Positions 18,278 to 27,428 of a stretch of DNA of 64,000 bases are shown here, in pieces. The notes under the pieces were generated by a model, which worked only from the letters and a program-made list of their open reading frames with translations, made no database searches and was not told the DNA's origin. The DNA comes from an uncultured Verrucomicrobiae bacterium. Lineage in GTDB: Bacteria; Verrucomicrobiota; Verrucomicrobiia; Limisphaerales; Palsa-1400. Position 1 is the stretch's first letter. The number at the start of each line of letters is the position of its first letter. The DNA lies in assembly GCA_963764165.1 (NCBI GenBank), contig CAVXRD010000001.1:768001-832000 (forward strand). Direction: 5' to 3'. The position numbers and the translations under genes were made by a program.

Positions 18278-19504
18278 ATGCGTTTTTGCGGAATGATTTC
18301 AGCAGCCGGTTTCGTCGCGTTGACGATCGCCACCACTTCCACACGCGCCCAGGATTGGCCGCAATGGCGCGGGCCCAATGGGGATGCTCGTGTCACGGGC
18401 TTCGAGGCTCCCAAAGCGTGGCCGCAGGCGCTTCATCAACAATGGAAAGTCACCGTGGGCCAGGCCGACGCCACACCCGCGCTGGCGGGCGGCAAACTCT
18501 ACGTTTTTTCCCGGGCCGAGGACAATGAAGTCATCCGCTGCCTTGACGCCGCCACCGGCAAGGAACTTTGGAGCGACAAGTACGAGACGATGGCAGCGAC
18601 CGGCGCGGCCGGGTCGCATCCCGGCCCGCGAAGCTCGCCCACACTGGCGGATGGGAAGGTGGTTACTTTTGGCGTGCGCGGCACATTGTCGTGCTATGAG
18701 GCAGCGAGTGGGAAAATGCTTTGGCGCAAAGATGATTTGCATGGCTGGCCCAAATTCTTCACCTCGGCTTCGCCGCTGGTGACGGATGGAATGTGCATCG
18801 CCCAAATCGGTTCTCCAACCAACGGCGCCATCGTCGCTTATGACCTTGCGACTGGCGCGCAAAAATGGCGCTGGGACGGAGACGGTCCCGGCTACGCCTC
18901 GCCGGCAGCGATGACCGTTGGCGGCACGAGGCTCGTCGTCGCGCAAACGGATAAACGCGTCGTCGCAGTCAGCTTGGCGGATGGAAAACTCGTTTGGGAA
19001 ACGCCGTTTGCTCCCTCGGGAATGGGCGGCGCAAATTGCATCACCCCCGTCATTGATGGCCAGACGATTATATATAGTGGCTCAGGTCGTGGAACCATCG
19101 CAGTGAAACTCGACAAAACGGGTGAGACGTTTGCCGCAACACCGGTCTGGACGAATAAGGAGATTGCGCCGCGCTTTTGCACGCCGGTTTTGAAAGACGG
19201 CTTTCTGTACGGCATTGGTGATAATAAATCCGGGTTCTATTGCATGGATGCCAAGACGGGCAAAACCGCCTGGTCGGATCCGACCGCCCGAGGTCCATTT
19301 GGCTCCATTTTGGACGCGGGTTCGACGCTCATCGCGCTGACTCCGAAACAGCAATTGATCGTTATTCAACCCAGCGAAAAAGCTTACAACGAAGTCGCGA
19401 GCATCAAAGTCGCCGACAGCGACACTTATTCGCAGCCGGTGCTGGCCGGAAAGCGTCTCTACATTGAAGACCAGAATTCGGTGATCCTTTGGACGTTGGA
19501 TTGA
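18278..19504 (+). CDS. Secreted PQQ-like beta-propeller repeat protein
   Basis: Signal peptide, QDWPQWRGP, repeated CLDAATGKELW-type blades. Confidence 0.9.
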   Translation: MRFCGMISAAGFVALTIATTSTRAQDWPQWRGPNGDARVTGFEAPKAWPQALHQQWKVTVGQADATPALAGGKLYVFSRAEDNEVIRCLDAATGKELWSDKYETMAATGAAGSHPGPRSSPTLADGKVVTFGVRGTLSCYEAASGKMLWRKDDLHGWPKFFTSASPLVTDGMCIAQIGSPTNGAIVAYDLATGAQKWRWDGDGPGYASPAAMTVGGTRLVVAQTDKRVVAVSLADGKLVWETPFAPSGMGGANCITPVIDGQTIIYSGSGRGTIAVKLDKTGETFAATPVWTNKEIAPRFCTPVLKDGFLYGIGDNKSGFYCMDAKTGKTAWSDPTARGPFGSILDAGSTLIALTPKQQLIVIQPSEKAYNEVASIKVADSDTYSQPVLAGKRLYIEDQNSVILWTLD

Positions 19505-19514
19505 CCGAAATCTC

Positions 19515-19585
19515 GGCAGGGCGAGACGCGGTCGAGCCCATTTCTAAAACAATCCAATCAGGGCTCGACGGAGTCTCGCCCTACC
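19515..19585. repeat. REP doublet family R2, copy 1
   Basis: ggcagggcgagacgcggtcgagccc...aatcagggctcgacggagtctcgccctacc; second copy at 36344-36461. Confidence 0.85.
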
Positions 19586-19679
19586 ATCTGGCAAGAAACG
19601 ACTTTCGCGCGTATTCTAATTGAGTAGGCTGGAGGTGTGTTTTGTTGTTGGCGATAAATTCCTGAGAAATGTGAATATA

Positions 19680-20768
19680 ATGAATCGAATTGGCAGTTGT
19701 TCTGGGGCAATTTTATTGGCGCTCATCATTCCCTCCGTGGCGGGTGATCAAATTACGGTCTACACCGCGCCGAAAGATCGCCCGGCGATGGCGGCGGGGG
19801 CTCCGAATATTCCTGTCAATTCCTCGCCCATCCACTGGACGACTCCGGCGGGATGGGACGAGAAACCGGCGGACGGAATTCGTCTCGGGAGCTTTGCTAT
19901 AAAAAGTCCAGCGGGCGGGCGCGCGGAGGTTGCCATTACGTCGTTTCCCGGTTCGGTCGGGACGGAATTGGATAATGTCAACCGCTGGCGGGGTGAACTT
20001 GGGATGCAACCCACAGGTCCCGACGGAGTCACGTCGGAGCCCGTCACCGTCGATGGGATCGCTGGCAAACTTTACAATTTGGGAAATGATTCCGCGCGCA
20101 CCATGGTCGCGGTCATCATGCGGGAGGGAAGTTCTTGGTATCTCAAATTGCGCGGCGATGCCCCGGCGGTTGCGGCGGCGGCTCCCGCGTTCATGGAATT
20201 TCTGAAATCGGTTCGGTTCGGCGGCCCGGCAACCTCTCCCGTTCCCGGCGAAGCACCCGCCACTGCTCCAATGGCTGTCGATATGAAGTCACCGGCCTTG
20301 CCCCCCGGCCATTCCGACACGGCGGAGACCGATGATTCGGCGAATACGCCCCAGTGGAAAATTCCCGCCGATTGGACGCCGGCTCCGTCGCGCCCGATGC
20401 TTTTCAAAGTATTCACCCTCGCTGGAGAAGCCGACGCCAAGGCAGAAGTGACGATTAGCTTTTTCCAGGGCGAAGTCGGCGGCATGCTGCTGAATGTGAA
20501 CCGCTGGCGTGGACAATTGGGCCAGCCGCCCATCGACCAGGCGCAGCTTGACTCCGTATTGGATTTGATCAGCACGGCGGAAGGCAAAGCGACGATGGTG
20601 GATTTCACCGGCACCGATATCAAAACCGGCGCCCCGGCGCGCCTCGTCGCGGCCATCGTTCCGCACGCCGGCTACACATGGTTTTACAAGCTGATGGGCA
20701 ATGGCAAGCTCGTTGGCAGCCAGAAAGATAGCTTTGTGCAATTCGTCAAAACCGTGCATTATCGCTGA
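19680..20768 (+). CDS. Exported protein with two NVNRWRG repeat domains, first gene of the cytochrome c maturation operon
   Basis: Internal duplication (W.TPAGW/WKIPADW; DNVNRWRGELG/LNVNRWRGQLG; WYLKLRG/WFYKLMG) with an LPPGH linker; ends 7 bp before resB. Confidence 0.8.
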   Translation: MNRIGSCSGAILLALIIPSVAGDQITVYTAPKDRPAMAAGAPNIPVNSSPIHWTTPAGWDEKPADGIRLGSFAIKSPAGGRAEVAITSFPGSVGTELDNVNRWRGELGMQPTGPDGVTSEPVTVDGIAGKLYNLGNDSARTMVAVIMREGSSWYLKLRGDAPAVAAAAPAFMEFLKSVRFGGPATSPVPGEAPATAPMAVDMKSPALPPGHSDTAETDDSANTPQWKIPADWTPAPSRPMLFKVFTLAGEADAKAEVTISFFQGEVGGMLLNVNRWRGQLGQPPIDQAQLDSVLDLISTAEGKATMVDFTGTDIKTGAPARLVAAIVPHAGYTWFYKLMGNGKLVGSQKDSFVQFVKTVHYR

Positions 20769-20775
20769 GATTTTT

Positions 20776-22092
20776 ATGGTCGATCGATTCATTAACTTCT
20801 TCACCTCGCTGCGCCTGACGGTGGTTTGCCTGGCGCTGGCGATTGTGCTGGTGTTCGTCGGGACGCTGGCGCAGGTGGATCTCGGCCTTTACGCGACGCA
20901 GGAAAAATTCTTCCGCAGCTTCTTCGTTTTTTGGACGCCAGGCGGCACGAGCCTGAAAATTCCCGTCATGCCTGGCGGCTGGCTGCTGGGGCTGCTGCTG
21001 CTGGTGAATCTTATCGCGGCGCACATCAAGCGCTTCAACTTTTCGCGCAAAAAAATCGGCATCTTGTGCATTCACGCGGGTTTGATCCTGCTGCTCAGCG
21101 GGCAATTTCTGACGGAACTTTTCCAGCAGGAAAGCCAGATGCGCCTCGAGCCCGGCGATACCAAATTTTATTCCGAGAGCGGGCGCAAATATGAATTGGC
21201 GGTGATCGATACGACGGATTCAAAATCGGACCACGTCGTGGCCATTCCCGAATCGTTGCTGGAAAAGGGCGGCGATATCAAGACGCCAGAGTTGCCTTTC
21301 ACGCTCAAAGTCAAAAAATTCTACACCAATTCGGTTCCGGACGGACCCGTGACCGCTGGGCCGGAAAGAATTGGCTCCACCAATGAGATTACGAAGATGC
21401 TGCTGTTTTCGCCGACCAATGAGACGCGGACGATGGACACGGTGGACGTGCCCTCGGCTTTGGTGCAGGTGGAAACGGACAAGGGTGTGCTGGGCGAATT
21501 TGCGGTGTCGGCGTGGCTGACCAAGTATCCATTCTTCGTGAATTTCACCAACATGAGCCGCTTTGCGCCGGCCTCGAAACGAAACGATGCGCCGCCCGAT
21601 GCGACCGTTCCACAGTCCTTCGCCTTTAACGGCCGCACCTACACAATTGCCCTGCGTCCGGTGCGCTATTACAATCCCTACAGCGTCCGCCTGATCGCCT
21701 TCAACCACGATCTCTATCCCGGCACCGACACGCCGATCAATTTCTCCAGCAAAATTCATTTGAATGACCCGTCGACTGGCGATGATCGCGACATCTTGAT
21801 TTACATGAACAATCCGCTGCGTTATCGCGGGGCCACGTTTTTCCAGGCGAGTTTCGAGCGGGGCGACGCGGGCACCATTCTCCAGGTTGTGCATAACCCG
21901 GCCTCGCTGGCGCCTTACATCGCGTGCTCGCTGGTGGCGCTTGGGCTGGTGATTCATTTTCTTATGACGCTGTTTGGATTCGCCCGCAAACAAATGCAAA
22001 AACCCGGGACGGCCACTTCCGCTCCCAAAAAAGTAAACGGCGCCAAGGCGCTTGAGCCAGCGATGGCCGCTTCCAAAGGGAGGAACGCTTGA
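20776..22092 (+). CDS. resB: ResB/CcsB-like cytochrome c biogenesis protein
   Basis: FTSLRLTVVCL, GTLAQ, GILCIHAG (conserved His), IYMNNPLRYRGATFFQASF; three N-terminal TMs, large periplasmic domain, one C-terminal TM. Confidence 0.85.
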   Translation: MVDRFINFFTSLRLTVVCLALAIVLVFVGTLAQVDLGLYATQEKFFRSFFVFWTPGGTSLKIPVMPGGWLLGLLLLVNLIAAHIKRFNFSRKKIGILCIHAGLILLLSGQFLTELFQQESQMRLEPGDTKFYSESGRKYELAVIDTTDSKSDHVVAIPESLLEKGGDIKTPELPFTLKVKKFYTNSVPDGPVTAGPERIGSTNEITKMLLFSPTNETRTMDTVDVPSALVQVETDKGVLGEFAVSAWLTKYPFFVNFTNMSRFAPASKRNDAPPDATVPQSFAFNGRTYTIALRPVRYYNPYSVRLIAFNHDLYPGTDTPINFSSKIHLNDPSTGDDRDILIYMNNPLRYRGATFFQASFERGDAGTILQVVHNPASLAPYIACSLVALGLVIHFLMTLFGFARKQMQKPGTATSAPKKVNGAKALEPAMAASKGRNA

Positions 22093-24002
22093 AAAAATGG
22101 ATTCCGCTGGTTGTGGCTTTGATTTTCGCGGGTTGGTTTTTGGGCGGATTTTCCGAGCCGAAATCCAAAGACGGATTTAATTACGCGGCCTTCGGCCGGC
22201 TGCCGGTTTTGCTCGAGGGGCGCATTCAGCCGTTTGACGGGGTGGCGCGGAATTCCCTTCTGAGCATGAGCGGGCTTTCGGAAGTCAAGTTGACGAATGG
22301 CGAATCAATCGCCGCCACCAAATGGCTGCTGCTTTCCATGACGCGCCCGGAGGAAGCGGATAAGCTGCCGATTTTCCGCATTACACATCCTGACCTCGAA
22401 GGATTGCTCGGAACGGAAAAAATGGGGCTGGGATATTATTCGTTCAACGATTTGACGAATCAATTTCCGTCCATTTCCGAGCAGGCGCGAAAGCTGGCGG
22501 AGCGGGAGAAAGACGACCCCGATGCGGCGAAATCCAGGACGCCCTTTGAGAAGGATTTGATGCATGTGTATGGCAGCGTGCAGACTTACATGCGCATCAA
22601 GAGCACGCTTGAGCCGGAAGGCACGGCCGACTTTTCGCGCGAGGTGGCGGTTTATCAGCAGTCGATTGCCCCCGGGCGGGCGGCGCTCGACGCCACCCAG
22701 CAGGGCAAAACCGCGAACCAGGAAGACATGGAACGCATCGCGGCTTTCTTCAAGCGCTACGATCAGTTTGCTGAATTCGCCTACGCGATGGTGATTCCGC
22801 CGCTGGCCTCCGAACCGCGCACCGACTGGCGCAATATGGGAACTTCGCTGAAGGAAACGCTTCGCTCGGGAGAAGTGAGTGCGGCCGTCACGGATTACGC
22901 GGCGATTGCGGATGCCTACCACACCAATAATCCGGCGCAATTCAATCAAGCCGTGGCCAATTACCGCGCCTGGATGCAGGGCAACGGGCTCCACGCTGAA
23001 CTCAAGCAAAGCGGCGACGAGGCGCTGTTCGACCAAGTCGCGCCGTTCCTGAAGAGCATGGCGATTTACCTCGCGGCGATGGTGGCGGGATGCCTTTTCT
23101 GGATCAATTTGTCGCAGCCGGTGCGGCAGACGGGCTTCGCGCTTCTGGTGCTCGCGTTCATTATTCATTCCGTGAGCCTCGTGGTTCGCATGTATTTGAC
23201 AGGCCATCCGCCGGTGATCAACTTGTATTCCTCGGCGATTTTCATCGGCTGGGCGGCGTGCCTCTTCGGGCTTTTTCTGGAGCGCATTTTCAAAGACGGC
23301 ATCGGGCTGGTGGTGGCGGGATTTATCGGCTTCGCGACCTTGATTATCGCGCATCATCTGGCGATGGGTGGCGACACCATGGAACCGCTGCAAGCCGTGC
23401 TGCTCTCGAATGGCTGGCTTGCGACACATGTGGTGGTCGTCACGCTCGGTTATGCTTCGATGTTTGTGGCTGGATTGGCGGCGATTATTTATGTCGTGCG
23501 CGGTTTCTTCACAACGTCACTCTCGGCGGAGATGGGCAAGAGGCTGGCGCGAATTGTTTATGGCGTAGTTTGTTTTGCGACGCTGTTCAGTTTCGTCGGC
23601 ACGATTCTAGGCGGCATCTGGGCCGACCAATCCTGGGGCAGATTCTGGGGCTGGGATCCGAAGGAGAACGGCGCCTTGCTGATCGTGCTCTGGAACGCCG
23701 TGATTCTGCACGCGCGCTGGGGCGGGATGATCCGCGAGCGCGGCATCGTGGCCATGGCCATCGTCGGCAACATCATCACCAGCTTTTCGTGGTTTGGCGT
23801 GAACATGCTTGGCATCGGCTTGCATTCTTACGGGTTTATGGACAAGGCGTTTCCGTGGCTGGTGGGGTTCGACATCAGCCAGGCAATGCTTCTCGTCGTG
23901 ACCTTGCTGCCGCTGCATTATTGGGCGAGTTTCAACAAGTCCGCCGCGCCCAAGCCGCCATCCGGCCCCTCCCTTCCAACTCCTTCTGCTATTGCCTCTT
24001 AA
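22089..24002 (+). CDS. ccsA: CcsA/ResC cytochrome c assembly protein (system II)
   Basis: WWD motif GGIWADQSWGRFWGWDPKE, WLATHV, GLHSYG; TTGA overlap with resB. Confidence 0.93.
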   Translation: MKKWIPLVVALIFAGWFLGGFSEPKSKDGFNYAAFGRLPVLLEGRIQPFDGVARNSLLSMSGLSEVKLTNGESIAATKWLLLSMTRPEEADKLPIFRITHPDLEGLLGTEKMGLGYYSFNDLTNQFPSISEQARKLAEREKDDPDAAKSRTPFEKDLMHVYGSVQTYMRIKSTLEPEGTADFSREVAVYQQSIAPGRAALDATQQGKTANQEDMERIAAFFKRYDQFAEFAYAMVIPPLASEPRTDWRNMGTSLKETLRSGEVSAAVTDYAAIADAYHTNNPAQFNQAVANYRAWMQGNGLHAELKQSGDEALFDQVAPFLKSMAIYLAAMVAGCLFWINLSQPVRQTGFALLVLAFIIHSVSLVVRMYLTGHPPVINLYSSAIFIGWAACLFGLFLERIFKDGIGLVVAGFIGFATLIIAHHLAMGGDTMEPLQAVLLSNGWLATHVVVVTLGYASMFVAGLAAIIYVVRGFFTTSLSAEMGKRLARIVYGVVCFATLFSFVGTILGGIWADQSWGRFWGWDPKENGALLIVLWNAVILHARWGGMIRERGIVAMAIVGNIITSFSWFGVNMLGIGLHSYGFMDKAFPWLVGFDISQAMLLVVTLLPLHYWASFNKSAAPKPPSGPSLPTPSAIAS

Positions 24003-24026
24003 TCGGCGAAGCGACAAGCTGGGCGC

Positions 24027-24731
24027 ATGACGGTCAATCCTGTTCGATGGCTGCTGTGTTTGCTGGCGATGGCTATGCTGCTGGCGCCAGTGCCTGCCCG
24101 CGCCACCGACGCGCGCCTGCCCTACAGCCTGCTTCTCACGATGCAAAAGACGCAATTAAAGCTGTCCCAGGAACACACTAATTTGACACTCGTTCTTCAA
24201 ATCCGCTCGATCAATCCCGAAGTCAAGTATAGCGAAGTTTCTGTGCATATCGATTCAAAATCGGGGAAAGTGCCGATTCCTGTGCTGGCGGAGGGCGTTT
24301 TCACTGTCCCCATCCGCGACGATTTGGTTGCCGAGAATCCGTGGGTTATTGTGAACCAGCCGGCAGGCACGATGGAATTAAGCTGGCACGCCGGGCTTGC
24401 GCCAGCGGTGGCGAAGGAGATGACCAATTCGATTCATTACGGAAAACTGATGCGCGCCGTCCAGGAAATCGAGGGAGTGCAGGAATCGATGCGGCAATTT
24501 TTCCCAAACGCCCCGCGCCTGATCGCCATTGGTGTGAGGCTCACGTTTCACCACGATTCAATAGCGCCCGCCGCCAGAATCCATACCAAAGACGGCCTCC
24601 GCCTGCTCACCGCCGACCACGATAATCAGTTGATTATCCCGATGGTGCAGGACCTCATGCAAGAGGACCCGGTTCTAAACCTGACGGAAAACCCGATCGC
24701 GATTGAGATTGTGACGCGGAAAGAGGAATAA
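24027..24731 (+). CDS. Exported hypothetical protein (possibly DUF2987-like)
   Basis: Signal peptide (…PARA/TD), 24 bp after ccsA; family assignment tentative. Confidence 0.7.
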   Translation: MTVNPVRWLLCLLAMAMLLAPVPARATDARLPYSLLLTMQKTQLKLSQEHTNLTLVLQIRSINPEVKYSEVSVHIDSKSGKVPIPVLAEGVFTVPIRDDLVAENPWVIVNQPAGTMELSWHAGLAPAVAKEMTNSIHYGKLMRAVQEIEGVQESMRQFFPNAPRLIAIGVRLTFHHDSIAPAARIHTKDGLRLLTADHDNQLIIPMVQDLMQEDPVLNLTENPIAIEIVTRKEE

Positions 24732-24916
24732 TCTGGAAATCAGGAAGGCAGGAAAAGGGCTCTGGAAATATTTTACGGCCACAGGCCAACGCGATGGGAC
24801 TTATAGGACCTACCCGTCCTATAGGACGCATACGACTAATGAACTGAATCCCGCAAATTCTCCACTCGCGCGACACCTTTTCCGGCCTCTTTTCCAGAGT
24901 TCCTGATTTCCAGATT
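24730..24916. repeat. Inverted repeat element with 17-bp perfect arms and nested 9-bp subrepeats
   Basis: aatctggaaatcaggaa / ttcctgatttccagatt; inner atgggacttataggacc...ataggacgcatacgac. Confidence 0.8.
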
Positions 24917-24927
24917 AAAAATTCCCG

Positions 24928-26994
24928 CTACCAGACGTGCGCCCTCAAGTTCGGCTCGCGCCACATGGGGTCGCCGGGCTTGATGTTGAAGGCGTCGAAG
25001 AATTGCTGGTAGTTGACCAGCGGCCCCACGGCCCGGAAACGGCCCGGTGAATGCGGGTCGACCGTCACCAAACGCTTCGCTTCCGCGTCGCGGATGTTCG
25101 TCCGCCAGATCTGCGAAAACGAAATGAAGAACCGCTGCTCAGGAGTGAAGCCGTCGATGTTTTTCCGCTTCGACGGGTCCTTGGCCAGAAGGCGCTCCAG
25201 TGCGTCATAGGCGATGCTCACTCCACCGAGGTCGGCGAGATTTTCGCCGAGCGTCAATTTGCCATTCACATGCACGCCGGGCAGCGCTTCGAAGGCGTCG
25301 TATTCGTTGACGACTTTTTCCGCGCGGGCATCGAATTCTTTGGAGTCCTTGTCCGTCCACCATTCGCTCAGGTTTCCTTCCGCGTCGTACTTGCGCCCTT
25401 CGTCGTCATAGCCGTGGGTGATTTCGTGGCCGATGACCACGCCGATGGCGCCGTAATTGACCGCATCGTCCTCGCTCAAATCAAAGAATGGCGGCTGCAA
25501 AATTCCGGCCGGGAAAACGATTTCATTCATCGATGGATTGAAATAAGCATTCACCGTTTCAGGTGTCATGCCCCATTCCGTGCGATCCACCGTTTGGCCA
25601 AGGCGCGCATTTTCCCGATGCTCCTCGAAGGCTGCCGCGCGCCGGACGTTCCCGAGATAATCGTTGCGCTTAATTTTAACAGATGAATAATCGCGGAACT
25701 TGTCGGGGTATCCAATCTTCTGGGTGAAGCGGTCGAATTTTGCCAGCGCCTTGGCGCGGGTTTCATCGGTCATCCACTCCACTTTTTCGAGGTGATCGCG
25801 GAAGACGGCGCGCAGATTATCCACCAGGTCCGTCATCCTCGTCTTGGCTGCCGCCGGGAAATATTTTTCCACGTAAAGCTGGCCCAGGGCTTCGCCGATG
25901 TTGCGGTCGATTGCGTGGAAGGCGCGTTTCCACCGCGGCTCCTGCTCTGGCTGCCCGCTTAAAGTCTTGCCGAAGAAATTGAAGTTCTCCTGCTCCACCT
26001 CCGCGAACAAATAAGGCGCCGCCGCATGCAAAACATGCCAGCGCAGATACGTCTGCCAATCGGAAATCGGGCGTTCCTTGACCATTTTGCTGACAGCCTC
26101 GAAAAATTCCGGCTGACCGACGATTTCATAAGCCGCGCCCGACAAGGAGCGCTCCGACAAATACACATTCCACATGATGCCCGGCGTTTTCGCAATCAGC
26201 TCCGCCGTGGTGAATTTGTTGTAATTCTTGTTTGGATCGCGCAGGTCAACGCGGCTGCGGCTGGCTTTGGCCAATTCCGTTTCCAAATCCATCACCGTCG
26301 CAGCGTCTTTGGCCGCAGCCTCCGGCAATTCGCCAAGGAGCGTGAGCATCTTGGTGACGTGCTCAAGGTAAGCCTTCCGCTGCGTTTCAAAGCTGTCCTT
26401 CAGATAGTAATCGCGATCCGGCAGCGAGAGCCCGCCCTGATCAAATCCCAGCGCATAAATCGTGCTCTGACGCGCATCCGGACCGACACCCGCGTTGAAA
26501 ATGCCACCGAGCCCTGTGTCATGGAAATGCGCCACGAGCTTGAACAAATCTTCGGCCGTTTTGATTTTTTTGATCTTATTCAAATCCGGCTCAATCGGTT
26601 TGAAGCGCAATTTCTCCAGCGTGTTTGTATCCATCGCCGAGATGTAAAAATCGCCCACTTCGGCTTTCACGGACCCTTTGGGATTTTTCGTGGCGGCGGC
26701 GTCTTCGAGCAGAGCGTGGATCAGAAAGGTATTGCGTTCCGCCAACTGGGTGAAGCTGGCCCAGCGCGCCTTGTCGGCGGGAACGGGATTATTCTTGACC
26801 CAATTGCCATCGGCGAATTGGTAGAAATCCGCCCCCGGACTGACCGACTTGTCCATGTAATCGACGGAGAAGGCGGGCACCGGCGGTTCCGCGCCCACGG
26901 GAGCCAGCGGTTCCGCGGCGACAGACAAAGCAGCCAGCGCCGCAGCGGCTCCGGCCCATTTCATTTTGATTTCAGGAAACGGCATAAAATTCAT
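24928..26994 (-). CDS. M13 family zinc metallo-endopeptidase (PepO/neprilysin-like), secreted
   Basis: DFYQFADG, VNAYFNP, GHEITHGYDD (HExxH), GENLADLGG, DPHSP. Start at 26994, 26985 or 26964. Confidence 0.93.
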   Translation of the reverse strand: MNFMPFPEIKMKWAGAAAALAALSVAAEPLAPVGAEPPVPAFSVDYMDKSVSPGADFYQFADGNWVKNNPVPADKARWASFTQLAERNTFLIHALLEDAAATKNPKGSVKAEVGDFYISAMDTNTLEKLRFKPIEPDLNKIKKIKTAEDLFKLVAHFHDTGLGGIFNAGVGPDARQSTIYALGFDQGGLSLPDRDYYLKDSFETQRKAYLEHVTKMLTLLGELPEAAAKDAATVMDLETELAKASRSRVDLRDPNKNYNKFTTAELIAKTPGIMWNVYLSERSLSGAAYEIVGQPEFFEAVSKMVKERPISDWQTYLRWHVLHAAAPYLFAEVEQENFNFFGKTLSGQPEQEPRWKRAFHAIDRNIGEALGQLYVEKYFPAAAKTRMTDLVDNLRAVFRDHLEKVEWMTDETRAKALAKFDRFTQKIGYPDKFRDYSSVKIKRNDYLGNVRRAAAFEEHRENARLGQTVDRTEWGMTPETVNAYFNPSMNEIVFPAGILQPPFFDLSEDDAVNYGAIGVVIGHEITHGYDDEGRKYDAEGNLSEWWTDKDSKEFDARAEKVVNEYDAFEALPGVHVNGKLTLGENLADLGGVSIAYDALERLLAKDPSKRKNIDGFTPEQRFFISFSQIWRTNIRDAEAKRLVTVDPHSPGRFRAVGPLVNYQQFFDAFNIKPGDPMWREPNLRAHVW

Positions 26995-27213
26995 TTCGAT
27001 TCGCAGGGCAGAATAGGCGACTTCCCCCTGCCTGTCATCCGCTAAATTGGCAAGCGTCCGGGGGCCCGAATAATATAAAACTGAACAGAAGTTTTTCATG
27101 GACAGCGTCCACCACCCATGATGAAAAGCTATTTCACGGGAGGAAGACCGAGGGAACGGACATGATCCCGCCAAGGCGGACTCTGTTCTCTCCGCTTTTC
27201 TCCCGTTCAATTT

Positions 27214-27416
27214 CCAAGCCGCAACAGTGCAGTTGAAATTGGGGAACGAGGTCGTCTCGAACGCCGCCTTCGGCGTCCGGCCGAAGACATCTGACGCTTC
27301 TGATAAATCACCGAAAGGCGGACCCACATCTTCCGCCAGAGCCAGTCGGCGGGATGCCGACAGGAGGCGGCCGAGACGGTCGCGCTACCCTTCTCAAATG
27401 CATTGTTGCGGCTAAG
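27214..27416. mobile_element. MITE-like element R3, copy B (inverted)
   Basis: caagccgcaacagtgcagttgaa ... tcaaatgcattgttgcggctaag; near reverse complement of 42815-43016. Confidence 0.75.
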
Positions 27417-27428
27417 GCCGGCGGGTTC

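Noticed and set aside
26995..27327. Long N-terminal extension of the M13 peptidase ORF (similarly 36317-36433 for GH127 and 386-697 for the kinase)
   Set aside because: The extensions run through repeat elements and precede the signal peptide or conserved start.
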